Assembly (NCBI RefSeq): GCF_043381705.1
Contig: NC_092205.1
Coordinates: 57,580,995-57,615,479, forward strand
Source: Parasteatoda tepidariorum
Taxonomy: Eukaryota
Direction of reading: 5' to 3'
DNA: 34,485 bases
This document shows, one piece after another, positions 22,705 through 33,828 of this stretch. The notes below the pieces were generated by a model. It made no database searches, was not told the origin of the DNA, and saw only the letters and a list, made by a program, of their open reading frames with translations. Within the stretch, counting starts at the first letter, position 1, and each line of letters opens with the position of its first letter. Position numbers and translations under genes: made by a program.

Positions 22705-22916
22705 AACTCTGCTGAAGTCATCCGCACTGCAGTATTTGGGCGTGATGAGCACATGAAAATAAGAAAAACTTTCTGTTTTCCTCAAAATAATCTGTATATT
22801 ACTAGTGTTGATATTCAAAGTGTTGAGCCAGTAGATCAAAGGACAAGAGATTCTCTACAAAAATCAGTCCAGTTGGCAATTGAAATCACCACATCAAGTC
22901 AAGAAGCTACTGCAAG
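22705..22916 (+). CDS. MVP: Major vault protein exon 11 ([71 protein letters not shown]). Ends in phase 2.
   Basis: Acceptor ttcttcag|AAC, donor AG|gtatac. Aligns to human NSARIIRMAVFGFE...[49 protein letters not shown]. It is about 13 aa shorter than human in the loop before FPQN. Confidence 0.85.
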
Positions 22917-23616
22917 GTATACATTATCTTTTTATTAATTTTCTTTCATTTGTCTGAGATTGTTATCTTGTGGTTGAAATATCTACTTTCCAGCCAGCAA
23001 TGAAATCTGTGCTGAAGCTCTTTGCTCCATTACAATGCCAATTTCAATCAATTACTAGCCACCACTATCAGAGTTTATAGGTTTTTATGACCCAATAAAT
23101 TTTATCGTCAATCAAAATTCTGATCCTTTATGCAAAATATTGCATATTAAAATTTATCAACATAAATTTAGCTCCATTTTCTTTCCAGCTTAGTAGAGGA
23201 CTAAGTTTCAACTATGTGTCTGCTGCTTATTAAGTTACTGGAGTTTACTGTTGTTGTTTCTAATGACGCTTGCCATGTTCCTAAATGGTACAAGCAAAAT
23301 TTTGTTCACTTTCCAACACAACAAGCAAACTGAAATTAAAAAAAAATAGTAAAGCAAATTCCAAGTAAAGTAAGCGGTAGAATTTTTTTTTATTTTTCTC
23401 TGATCTATATTCCAAAAGGTTAGGCTTGTCACTTTAGTTAAATTTTTTGATGGTTATGCACTCTGGTGTTATATGTCTAACAAAAATAAAATTTCAATTT
23501 TTGTATTCTACTTGAAAGACACTATGTTTAAAAATTTTTTATTGTTTAAGTAAATGTGGTTTATTTCTCCATTTTTAGAAAATAAAAAATCTCTAATTCA
23601 TTAAGCTATTTTGCAG

Positions 23617-23860
23617 GCATGAAGCTGAAAGACGAGAACAAGAAGCCAAAGGTCGCCTTGAACGTCAGAGAATATCTGATGAAGTAGAAGCTGAAAAAAC
23701 TCGAAAGAATTTGTTAGAGCTGCAAGTTGCCAGAATGGCCATTGAAAACTGTGGTCAATCTAAAGCTGAAGCTCTGAGTCGTACTGAAGCTCAACGTATT
23801 GAAGCTGAAGCTGCCATTGATCAAGCCAAGGCTAAAGCAGAAGCTAAACGCATTGAAGCT
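23617..23860 (+). CDS. MVP: Major vault protein exon 12 ((R)[81 protein letters not shown]). This is the C-terminal coiled-coil cap-helix region.
   Basis: Acceptor ttttgcag|G, donor GCT|gtatgt. Aligns to human [81 protein letters not shown]. Confidence 0.85.
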
Positions 23861-25871
23861 GTATGTATTAAAGTATTCTTTTTCTTAAATTCATTGCTTT
23901 GAAGCAGATATTCAAACTGGTTTGTCTATAAAGGCCAAATTTAAGTTTGTTAGATCAAACTGGAAAGTTCTAAATGCCAGATAAACGGCAATTAGCGGAG
24001 GGGGAAGTGAAGTTGCAAAATATTTAAAAGTTTTATCAAAATTCAATATTTTTTTTTTGGACATGGAATATTAATGCTTGCAACTTCAATTACTATAAGT
24101 AGTAATTTCCAGAGGTTTAAAATGACAGCTAAATTTAATAATTGCAAATGAAAATAATGAAGCTGTATTTTAAAAGTTAACAGGGATCGTATTTTCCCTA
24201 AAATTTTTCTAAAGGTTTTTCACAACCTCTAAAATACTAAAATTTTGCAGTTCCTAAAAAATGGAAATTATGTGAGAAGTAATGATTAAATCTCTCAAAT
24301 TAACGTTCTACTCTAATCAAATAACTAAATCTGGGTTGCACCGATCTAACAGCTAAGTGCTTCAAACACATAAGAATTTACTTGTTGAGAGAGCTATCAG
24401 CATTGTGCTTCATTTCTTAAGCTTTCATTGCTCGTAATCATTTTAAAACATTTTCATAGCGTTTTCAAGGTAAATTACTTAAAATACACCTACTTCCTGT
24501 TCAGTAAAATAAATAAGTTGATCAGCATGTTATATGCAATTCATACAGGCCAGTATTGTTGCTGCCACGAAAGGCAGATATAAGGTATAACGAAATTGAT
24601 AATGGTAAGAATTGGAAACAATTCTATTTAAATTGGTATGCTAGTTGAAATTTTTTAGTTAACTTAACAAAGAACAATAGCGAAAATATTTTCGTGAATG
24701 TTTTTTTCTACAATTATTTAAAACTCGGAATTATTTAAAATTTTACTTACTTTTTTCTGATTAGTTTTTCAAGCACTTAGAATTTTTCGACATGGAAAAA
24801 AAATTGAACAATAGTACAAAAAGTGTGCTTGCAATTTCCAGAATTGTTCGTTATTGAAATTTTTTGAAAGAGTATATTGACAGTGTTAGGTATTAATGGA
24901 AGCTATAAATATTTTATGTTAGTACCCATAAGAAACTATCTTAATGCAGGTTTATGGATATTTGATGAAACAGATTCTTTAAGATATTATCTAAAATGTG
25001 AAAAATTAATTGCATTAATATAAACCATTTTAACTTTTCAAACTGAGAATCCTGAAAGGGGTTTTTGATAAGTAAAGCTATGCTCAGTGTTAGTCACAAT
25101 GAAATGAAAATACTATTTTATGTCTCATATTGGTGAATGATACTCAAAATTATAAAGGGGTATTAAATATACCTTTCACATTAGCACTACTTTTGGCAGT
25201 GAAAGATTCTCATAATTCATACCTGGAATTTAGTAGAATAGTAAAATAAGTTATACTAAGTAATAAATTTAAAAACTAATGAATAAAAAAATGAAAAATT
25301 TTGATTTACAGATTCGTGAAAGTAGCCAAAAAACTAGACATTGGCCTAACAAAATAATGAACAGAAAGATTGAGAAAAGCTGCAGTGTCTCAAAATATTG
25401 TAGAAATGATGGTCTCATATACTTTTAATATCTAAAAGAACTGATTAGCTACAAAATTCGGAAAAATGTCGAGACATGGATTCCAGAGTCTCGAACTTAA
25501 TGTCAATTCCAAAGATATTAAGTACTAATTAAGTACTAATATTATCACTACCAAAGTAGAAATCTGAGATGGTAGAACTACAAAATATAGAATCAGAAAT
25601 GACTGTCTTCAAAACTGTGAAAGAAATATTGAAAAAGTGACTGAAAATTAAATATTGCTTCTAATTTTTAACTATAATTGAAATTTAATAGTAAACAATA
25701 TTTTTTGTTAAAATAATTAGGTAAAAATAAAGTTTCGAAGTAGTCATCAAATTAATGTTTTTTTCTTAAAATTTCTCTAACATCTAATAGTCTACCACGA
25801 AGTTATAAGGCTATGTAGACCATTTGTTTTATGTATTTAAAAAAATTACTATTGCCATTACCATTTGTTTT

Positions 25872-26427
25872 AAAAAAATTACTCGTAATTTGTGAATATG
25901 AAATAAACGATAAGTCATTCTTTCAACCAGGGTCCTGCTTTTATGAATTTGTGCAAATAGGGTCCGGTTATAGCAACAAAAAAAATTCAAGGAGTTTTTA
26001 AATTGTAAAGAGATAGGAGATTATGCTCAACACTGTAAAATTATAATTAAAAAAATTAAATTTTAAAAAATAAACAACAATTGCTGCTTCTAAATTAGAG
26101 ATGCAACATACAAATATTTGGTATTTAGCCTATACTGCTGAACGCAGAATATTAATTTCGGACGAATAATGGAAGAATCGTCTGCCGAAGACAAAACTTA
26201 ATTCGTTTACATCCATCTTTCTTGTTTTCTGCCCTGGAAAGGGTTTATTCGATTAACAAAATAATAATGAAGATAAACAAATTTGTGAAGGGTCCGATTA
26301 AAAGAAAAATTATTTTGTGAAGGGTCCGTTTTTAAGTTAAAATATTTTGTGAAGGGTCCGTTTTTATGAAAAGATATTTTGTGAAGGGTCCGTTAACGGA
26401 CCCAAATTTCTTCTAAACAGACCCCTG
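25872..26427 (+). mobile_element. Related copy A of the same CAGGGG-TIR element family. It is 5'-truncated with no 5' TIR. Before its 3' terminus it carries an expanded 3' subterminal array of four ~32-bp TTTTGTGAAGGGTCCG(A/T)TTTT repeats, followed by the palindrome GGGTCCGTTAACGGACCC.
   Basis: Core homology to copy B (attctttcaaccagggtcc...gggtttattcgattaaca) and an identical 3' terminus ...ggacccaaatttcttctaaacagacccctg. Confidence 0.55.
26281..26400 (+). repeat. Tandem subterminal repeat array, 4 copies of a ~32-bp unit (a/t)TTTGTGAAGGGTCCG(a/t)TT(T)..., inside copy A.
   Basis: Unit starts at about 26281, 26313, 26345 and 26377. Confidence 0.7.
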
Positions 26428-26741
26428 CCTAATAACTTAAATTTTAATAAAATTTTTACTTCATAGCTACTTTTACAAATTATGTAGAATTTAGATAAAT
26501 ATATGTCTTTATATTATAAGGTAGTTTAATGTAAGTAAATAGGTACTATCAGTGTATGTTGATTATTCCACTCATGAAATGCCAAAATTAAAGTCACGAC
26601 CTGCTTATATGAAATCCACTATCGTTAACCCCGATTTTCATTTCATGGACCCCCAATTTTTTTTTCGCTTGACATGGACCCCTTGCAGGTTGTCATCGAC
26701 CCCTGAGGATCGATATAGACCACTTTGGGAATCAATATAAT

Positions 26742-27177
26742 CAGGGGTCTGTCCAGACATTTTGTGAAAGGTCCGTTTTTCGTGAAATTGTGAAAAAATT
26801 ACTCACATTCTTTCAACCAGGGTCCGCTTTTATGAATTTGTGCAAATGGGGTCCGATTGCAAAAAAAATTTTTTCAAGGAGTTTTTAAATTGTTAAGACA
26901 TGCAAGATTATGCTCAACACTGTAAAATTATAATTTAAAAAATTAAATTTTAAAAAATAAACAGCAATTGCAGCTACTAAATTAACGATGCGACGTATAA
27001 ATATTTGGTATTTAGCCTATACTGCTGAATGCAGAATATTCATTTCGGACGAATAAAGGTCTGCCGAAGACAAAATTTAGTTCGTTTGCATCGGTCTTTC
27101 TTTCGCCCCTCCCTTCTAGGAAGGGTTTATTCGATTAACAAATTAACGGACCCAAATTTCTTCTAAACAGACCCCTG
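26742..27177 (+). mobile_element. Nonautonomous TIR element (copy B, 436 bp) with terminal inverted repeats CAGGGGTCTGT...ACAGACCCCTG and one subterminal TTTTGTGAAAGGTCCGTTTTT repeat. CAGGG termini are hAT-like. Flanks are degenerate, aatataat on the 5' side and caattaat on the 3' side.
   Basis: The 5' end caggggtctgtccagac and the 3' end ctaaacagacccctg are reverse complements. The internal core is about 85% identical to 25872..26427. Confidence 0.6.
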
Positions 27178-27384
27178 CAATTAATATTTTTTTTTTTTTT
27201 AAAAAATTTATGATTAGAGATTGTCTTTTAGCACGCCTTTAATTATTTCTTTTTAACTACTTTAAAAACTGTTGAGGATCAAATTCAGTTATTACATAAT
27301 ATTACACAATTAGATAAATTTTTAAGGTGTTATGTAGGAGCTTCTTCAAAATTCAAACTGTCCTTTCCTTTTTTTCAGGTAGAA

Positions 27385-27860
27385 CTTTAGATATCAAACA
27401 GTCTCTCTTATTTTAATACAATCAACAGAATAGATAGAAAGAAATGCACCTTCCAAAGGAGATGATCAAATTAGAATTATACAATAATGCATGGGTACAA
27501 AATAGTGATTAAAAATTCATATAAAAACAGTTAAATTAAAGTTTCACACTATTGCTAAATATCAAACATTCTCTTCCACTGTTCCACTGTTAAAGTTCAG
27601 AAATACCAACAAAATTTTAAACACTGTTGTACTACCAACAGAACAGATAGGAAAAATATGTACAACCCCCCAAGGAGATTATAAAATTAAAATTATACAA
27701 TAAAGGGTGGACAGCACAGAATAGTGATTAAAAAAATTATATTAAAGCAGTGAAAGCTACATATTATTGCTACATATCAAACATTCTCTTATTTTAATGA
27801 TCCGGTGTTGAAGTTACAGAAATACTATCAATAAAATTTTGCTACACCATTCTACAATCA
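27385..27860. repeat. Tandem repeat, about 2.5 copies of a 170-215-bp unit (...atatcaaacattctctt...caacagaatagatag...ggagat.atcaaattagaattatacaataa...atagtgattaaaaa...).
   Basis: The anchor atcaaaca(t/g)tctct recurs at about 27392, 27561 and 27776 with similar flanking sequence. Confidence 0.6.
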
Positions 27861-27874
27861 ACGGAAGGATCCTC

Positions 27875-27940
27875 TTTTATGAAAAGATATTTTGTGAAGG
27901 GTCCGTTAACGGACCCAAATTTCTTATAAACAGACCCCTG
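27875..27940 (+). mobile_element. Solo 3'-terminal fragment of the CAGGGG-TIR family (subterminal repeat, then GGGTCCGTTAACGGACCC, then ...ACAGACCCCTG).
   Basis: tttatgaaaagatattttgtgaagggtccgttaacggacccaaatttcttataaacagacccctg is near-identical to 26362..26427. Confidence 0.55.
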
Positions 27941-28561
27941 TATAGATACGAATAATCTTCCCATTTTGCCATTAAATATGGCTTACTCAATATGTTAGAC
28001 AAATTTATTAATATGCTATCTAGAGTATGTGTTTTCAATTTTACAAGTCAATATTAATATAATGAACTGCAGTGTAAGGTATTTTTATCTTAACTAAATC
28101 GCTCCCAAATTTTTTTTGGAGAATATCCTTCAAATGCATCCTAATATATTAAAAAAAAAAGTAAATACTGCCAATAAAAAGTGCTATAATTTTAATGACT
28201 AGAAACCAAGGTTTTTAATTTAATCTCAGATATAATTAATATAATTTTACATGGGAAAATGCAAAATTTGAATGAAATCTGTTGAATAGTTCCTGAGAAA
28301 TGGAATTTTAAATATCTAACTTTTATTTTTTGAAGTCTGTGTTCTTTACACCCTAGGCTGCTGTAGTACTGGGTTGTCACTAAATAGGGAGAATAAGGAA
28401 AACCTGGAAAATAGATGGAATATAAAAATTATCTAAATTAACAGCATATTAAATTTTTCCTTATAAACTAGGAAGTGCAGGGAATTTTATTCTTTAACTT
28501 ATAGTGTTTGTATTCTTTAACTTATAGTGTTTAGTGAAGTGTTCAATAAACTTGCTTGTAA

Positions 28562-29337
28562 CAGGGCTCGAAAAACCACCCGTCCTCGGCGGTCAAAAAT
28601 TCCCCACGGACAAAAAATTTCTCTAATCCAGCGTCCGCGCGGACGGCCGTTTTCCCGTAAATGTTCGTGATACATTTTAAATTTTTTTTATCTTACAAGA
28701 GTCTACCGCCTCACTTCTAAAATGACCCTCTGATCTCGAAATACAGCAACACACTGTGCATGGTGGAATTGATGTTTTCTCTGTCAGGGAGTACTGCAGC
28801 GGTTGAAAGGGGCTTTTCAGCAATGAACTTACAAAAAAACACATTACTTACTGGTCTTAAACAAGAAGCGTTAAACGCATTTATGAACATCTACCTAAAT
28901 GGAAAACCTCTTTCAGATTTCTGTGCAGAAACCTCTGTAAAATATTGGCTTGATTGTGGAACTGGCAAACGTCATATTTGATTCATTTAAAAAACGCAGT
29001 ACCATCGGATAAATTGACATAATTGACAGATAACTTAACCTTTGTTATTTAAATTATTTCATCAAAGAAATAAATTATTTCATAATAGAAATACTAGGTT
29101 TTACTAATAGTACCCTAGTATTTCTTTTATTACTGTATAATGTAATCCTAGTATTTGTAATCGTAATAACTACTAACTAATTCATTGTGCAATTTATATA
29201 AATGTTTGTAATAAATAAGAGAAAATTATATTTTTATTTATTTAGAAGCGACGGGTTAATTTCAAAGGAGGATGGGTAAATTGTTGGACAAGCGGTCCTC
29301 GGGGACGGGTAAAATTTCTGAGTTTTTTCGAGCCCTG
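28562..29337 (+). mobile_element. Nonautonomous, internally deleted hAT-superfamily DNA transposon of 776 bp. It has a perfect 8-bp target-site duplication GCTTGTAA (28554..28561 and 29338..29345) and roughly 16-bp terminal inverted repeats CAGGGCTCGAAAAAAC.
   Basis: The 5' end reads cttgcttgtaa|CAGGGCTCGAAAAACCACCCGTCCTCGGCGGTC and the 3' end reads GCGGTCCTCGGGGACGGGT...TTTTTTCGAGCCCTG|gcttgtaata. The ends are reverse complements of each other. The CAGGG terminus and 8-bp TSD are hAT hallmarks. An internal ORF encodes a hATC dimerisation-domain remnant. Confidence 0.8.
28760..28981 (+). pseudogene. hAT transposase C-terminal dimerisation-domain (hATC) remnant, 73 codons. It is all that is left of the transposase after an internal deletion.
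   Basis: The ORF track protein ...LSGSTAAVERGFSAMNLQKNTLLTGLKQEALNAFMNI... carries the conserved hATC signature S-x-x-x-x-ER-x-FS followed by a hydrophobic R/K..L....L..L pattern. The BED and RNase-H-like domains are absent. Confidence 0.7.
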
Positions 29338-29377
29338 GCTTGTAATATACTAACATATTCATTCTTTAATTACAAAG

Positions 29378-29566
29378 GAAACAGAATTAGACCGTCTACA
29401 GAAAGCTAGAGAGGCTGAATTAGGCTATGTGAAACGTCAAAATGAATTGGAAGTTGAGAAAACAAAGCTACTTTCTGAAATTGAAATTAATAAATTTGAA
29501 AAGGTGATTACAAGTCTAGGAAGTGATACCATTCAAGCAGTTGCGTCAGCTGGTCAAGAATTTCAG
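29378..29566 (+). CDS. MVP: Major vault protein exon 13 (ETELDRLQKAREAELGYVKRQNELEVEKTKLLSEIEINKFEKVITSLGSDTIQAVASAGQEFQ).
   Basis: Acceptor attacaaag|GAA, donor CAG|gtttgt. Aligns gap-free to human [63 protein letters not shown]. Intron 12 (23861..29377) is 5.5 kb and full of transposable elements. Confidence 0.85.
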
Positions 29567-31802
29567 GTTTGTTTTTTTAATAAATTTAATCAGTTTCATT
29601 ACTTTTGTGTGATTGGTTTATATATTTCTGTGTGTAAAACGAATGTTTTATGTTATAAAATAAAATTTTAACTATATTTTAAAGTATTTCTTTATTTTCA
29701 ATACATTTGAACTTTTCCATAACATGAAATCTTTGGTAAATACTCATTAAAATAAAGCTGTAGAAAAGTTAGTCTTTTCTAAGCTTTCTGAGCATTTTTC
29801 TAATCAACCTGAGGAGCCCAAACTATCTGTACACTTTTATGTCTTCAATTATATTTATTTCAAACCAATCATTTCTCTCATTGATTCATTCATTATACTT
29901 TATTTTGGGGTTGAATAATTTCATTTCAATCGTGATTCAAATTGCAATTTAAATCACTTGATTTTTAAAATAAAATAAAAAAATCACTCAAAATGACTAT
30001 CATGTTTTTAAAAACTTTTTTTTTTAAAAATGTAATTAATAAATAAATATGTTCTTTGAGTTTGAGATTTCATGCAAAGAAATAATAAAAGAGAGATGGA
30101 CTCCAAAAGGGACACATTTTTTTAAAAATGGATTGAAAAATTAAAAAGTAGAAAAAGTAAAAGAAAAAAAGACTGAGAAAACAGGAAGCTTTTTAATTAT
30201 AATTTTATCTTAGGTATATGTAAAATAATTTGCAGATTATAAATATAATTTAATAATACCCATTTAATTTTATGTTAATTGAGAAATAAGTGCTTATACA
30301 ACTTACCAGTATGTAATCAGTGTATATCAATAATGAAAAAAAGACTATTCTTACACAGACTAAATTAAAATATTTTTTAGTTATATTTTTTTATTTAAAT
30401 TTGTTCCCTGTCCTAATAATGAGTTTGAACAAAAACTACAATTCTTTTATTTATTCAGTGATTAAATAACAATGTTCCAAATGATTAAATAACAATTTTA
30501 GTCCAAAATATAATTTGTTTTTATCTATGATATTGTTTTTTAAATAATTAATACATTTTGGCAGATGCTTTGGTAGGTTATTGTAAAAAATGAAGTCTGA
30601 TTTAAACAATAAGAATCCTGTTTTTTTACAATTTTGTTTTCTTTCTGCCGTGTATTGTCTGTTATGAAAGAATCTAGCCGATTGATTCTGGTTTTATTTT
30701 CTTGCTCTTCAGTTCCATCAGTCACAAATGCATCATTTAACTGATTTGTTACTTGGGCCAAAACGTTTTTCTATCAAGCTCAGCATCTGGAAAACCAGTT
30801 TTCAACCTAAGAAAATTTGCAATTAATACCTCTAACTCAGTTTTGGGTTTTAAGGCTGCTAACTACCATGTTTTTTACAAAATATTTTATAGAGTGGTAG
30901 ACCGTTAAAAATTAAAGCTTTCGTAATTTTGCCAACATTTTAAAACCCTTACCATAAGACAGCTAGAGCAAAGTGGTGTTTCATATGAACTTTTGACTCA
31001 TTTACATGGTGATGTGAAAAATGATTTAAACTCATACTAACAAAACACAGAATTGTCCATAAAGACGTAAACTTAGCCGTTACTAGACTAAATTTTCCCA
31101 AAAAGCGTTTGAAAGTTGACAGTCCTGTTTAACTATAATATCTTTTTGTATCAAGGTTATTGTTATTTTATGTATTTAACATGGTACGTAGCGTTTTTAA
31201 AAAGTGTTTATTTTCGTTTTTAAAAGCCCTTAAAGGGGCTTTTTTCATTGTTTTTAAAAAGTGCTTAATTTTCCCTTTTCAAAAATGAGATTTAATTGTT
31301 TGCCATGTCGATTTTTGCCACATGCTATGCAAATGCGTGCTTTTCACATTGTTCTATCCAACATTTTCACTATTCATTCAACCACAATCCATTTTGGCAT
31401 ACCGTCGGTCCATAGTGTATGAAAGTGCCAATCATTTTACGTGTTTGATGAAATACTTGCAAGTCGGCATGTGCGTCTGCTGGTCTGGGTTCGGTGAGAT
31501 TATTGCACTCTCATGTGCAACTCTACTGAATTTCGAAAGATATTTTCAATTTCAAGCTTCATTTTCCACCATCTGATATCGAATCGCAATATCTCTTGAT
31601 TATTTTATAATAGCTAATATAATAAAAAAAAAGTTCTTTGTCAGAAACTAGTTATTTTATCATGATCATGTAAAGTCTTTAAAATTATTTTGCATTTTTT
31701 AATGTATATAATGCTTAGAAATATTTTTTGAGTACTTAAAAAGTGCTAATTTCTTGTCGAAAGATTTGGCTATGCACCCTGTTTAAACATTTATCAATTT
31801 CA

Positions 31803-31946
31803 GGTTAAACTTCTCCAAGGTCTTGGAATCCAATCAGCTCTTATAACTGATGGAAACACTCCTATCAACTTGTTCGGTACTGCGCAAGGTTTCCTTGGCT
31901 CAGCACTAACTGGTGTTCCTGAAAAAAGACGCCGTATGGGAAGTGA
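31803..31946 (+). CDS. MVP: Major vault protein terminal coding exon ([47 protein letters not shown]). Coordinates include the TGA stop codon.
   Basis: Acceptor atcaatttcag|GTT. Aligns to human [43 protein letters not shown]. Summed coding length is 2613 nt, giving 870 aa. Confidence 0.85.
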
Positions 31947-33067
31947 TGGGGAAGGTTCTTATACCTAAAATCTAAGTAAACATTATGGTAATCCTGTGCT
32001 CTTATTATTTCCTTCAACAGTAGACTCAATTTAGAATTCATTAACGATTTTATGTTTTGTGATTTTTTCCTCTGAGCACAGAATGGCATTGAGAGAGAAT
32101 GGCACTGAGGCTTCTAGAAGTGTGTAGTTATCTACTTTAGCACATTCCTTTTTATATATTAACCGAAGCTTATACGTGATTTTTTTTTGAAATTTTGTAT
32201 ATTGATTTTGGTGCTTTCATATTGAATCATTTGTATTTGCAACTGAGTATTTTGTGAAAATGTTATTATATTTAATTGAGAGATTTAAAAACGTTAAGAT
32301 TTGTCGACAAATAATTTATTATAATGCACATGAATTGAGTACAAGCATCGATGATTCATAAATCAAAAAAATAAAATAATAAATAAATTTATCTAGTTTT
32401 CATATAAGTTTTTAGATTATAATTTTCATAAATGCAACATGTGACTTAGCAAACATGTAATAAGTGTGACAAAAAAGCATGACTTTCTGTTTGATGCACC
32501 TCTATAAAATTTGCTTTATATATATGAAGTAAAGCTTTTTCCGCAGCCCATTGTGGGGTTCATTGATTTTAAGGCTTCACAATTTGATGACCAAAGGCAT
32601 GATTGTAGCAATATAGTCACCAGGTAGCAGAAACCCTCCTGCAGGGCAGCCCATGATGCAGATTATTTTCCACCAGTGTTTTTAAAAAATTAAAGACAGA
32701 AAAAATGAGAATTTTTTTAAAAAAATCTATCTATTCTGAGTGTATTTTCTTATAAATTAGGAATAGTTTTTATTTTTTTTTCATCTGCTAAGTACCTGTG
32801 ATGGTATGGAATGAATTTCGTTGAAAGAAACTTTAAGTAGGCTCAAATCTGAATACCTTGAATTACAATTCTCTTTAAAATGAAAAGATTTTATTTTGAT
32901 ACTAATAATCTGCAAGTTAAACCATTCTTTCTGAATTCTTTATTTAGCTCAATGTGATAAAATGTTTTTTCTCCTTTTCGACAAAGTTAAGGGTGTTTGC
33001 ATAAAATTGAAATTAACTTGTATAACATGTGTATAATGTGTAACTTTGTTATCTATCTATATAAAAA

Positions 33068-33512
33068 TGAATGTTTGTCTGTGTGTGTGTTCGTCATGGA
33101 CTCCTAAACTTTTCGACCAAAAGCAATTAAATTTGGCAAACAGATCATTTAAAGCACAAGGAAGGTTACTGTCAAGATTAGAACATTCTACGATGTATAG
33201 TTTAAGCGAAAAAGATAATGAAATTTTCTGATTGGTTAAGCGTTAGCCATTGTTTTAAATTAAACTATGGGCTGTTCAATTTTTCAAATATTTTAAAGAT
33301 AACACCAGTGATATTTGCTAGCTTATAGCTCTATTTGATCAAAACAATTATTGTACATATTTTAATATTTAATTATGTTTTATTCACCATCTCAGATAAA
33401 TCAATGAGCAACATTGTGGTGTGAAAATTCGTGGAATGCGAACCTTTCAACTTTTGTCCAAATTTCAAATTCATAAACGGTTCTAGAGTTAAGAGAGTCA
33501 CATTCACACAGA
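33068..33512. mobile_element. About 445-bp foldback or MITE-like element with roughly 70-bp imperfect terminal inverted repeats beginning GTTTGTCTGTGTG...
   Basis: The 5' end is gtttgtctgtgtgtgtgttcgtcatggactcctaaacttttcgaccaaaagcaattaaatttggcaaacag. The reverse complement of the 3' end is gtttgtctgtgtgaatgtgactctcttaactctagaaccgtttatgaatttgaaatttggacaaaag, about 75-80% similar. Confidence 0.5.
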
Positions 33513-33828
33513 CAAACTCTTTATTTTATTATTATGTATATGGAACTAATAGCTGTTATCATCAAAAACACTTTTGAGCCATTATGAGATTGTGGCTTAT
33601 TGCTTCAAGCCTTTCAAATATAGTTATTTTTATATTGCTGTTCTAAATCAGCCCTGACACAATATGTTATGTGCCATTAATAAATTTCTTCATTAAATTT
33701 CTGTGATAAAAAACAGTATTGTTTGCTAGATGTGGCCTTAAATTGTAGTATAAATATGAATTTGGCTTCTTGACATGCAATTAAGAGCTTCTATCAAAAT
33801 TTATCTAGTATAGAAATATATATATATA

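Noticed and set aside
26552-26740. 62-aa plus-strand ORF
   Set aside because: It lies in the GGACCCC-motif terminal region between the two MITE copies and has no coding signature.
30540-30761. 73-aa minus-strand ORF (MAQVTNQLNDAFVTDGTEEQENK...)
   Set aside because: No homology recognised. It may be TE-derived, but I cannot support a call from the sequence alone.
31322-31576. 84-aa plus-strand ORF (cysteine-rich MLCKCVLF...) in MVP intron 13
   Set aside because: No recognisable domain and adjacent to short tandem TTTTTAAAAAGTG repeats. Probably non-coding, though BLASTP would settle it.
31865-32089. 74-aa minus-strand ORF
   Set aside because: It is antisense to the MVP terminal exon and 3'UTR and has no homology.
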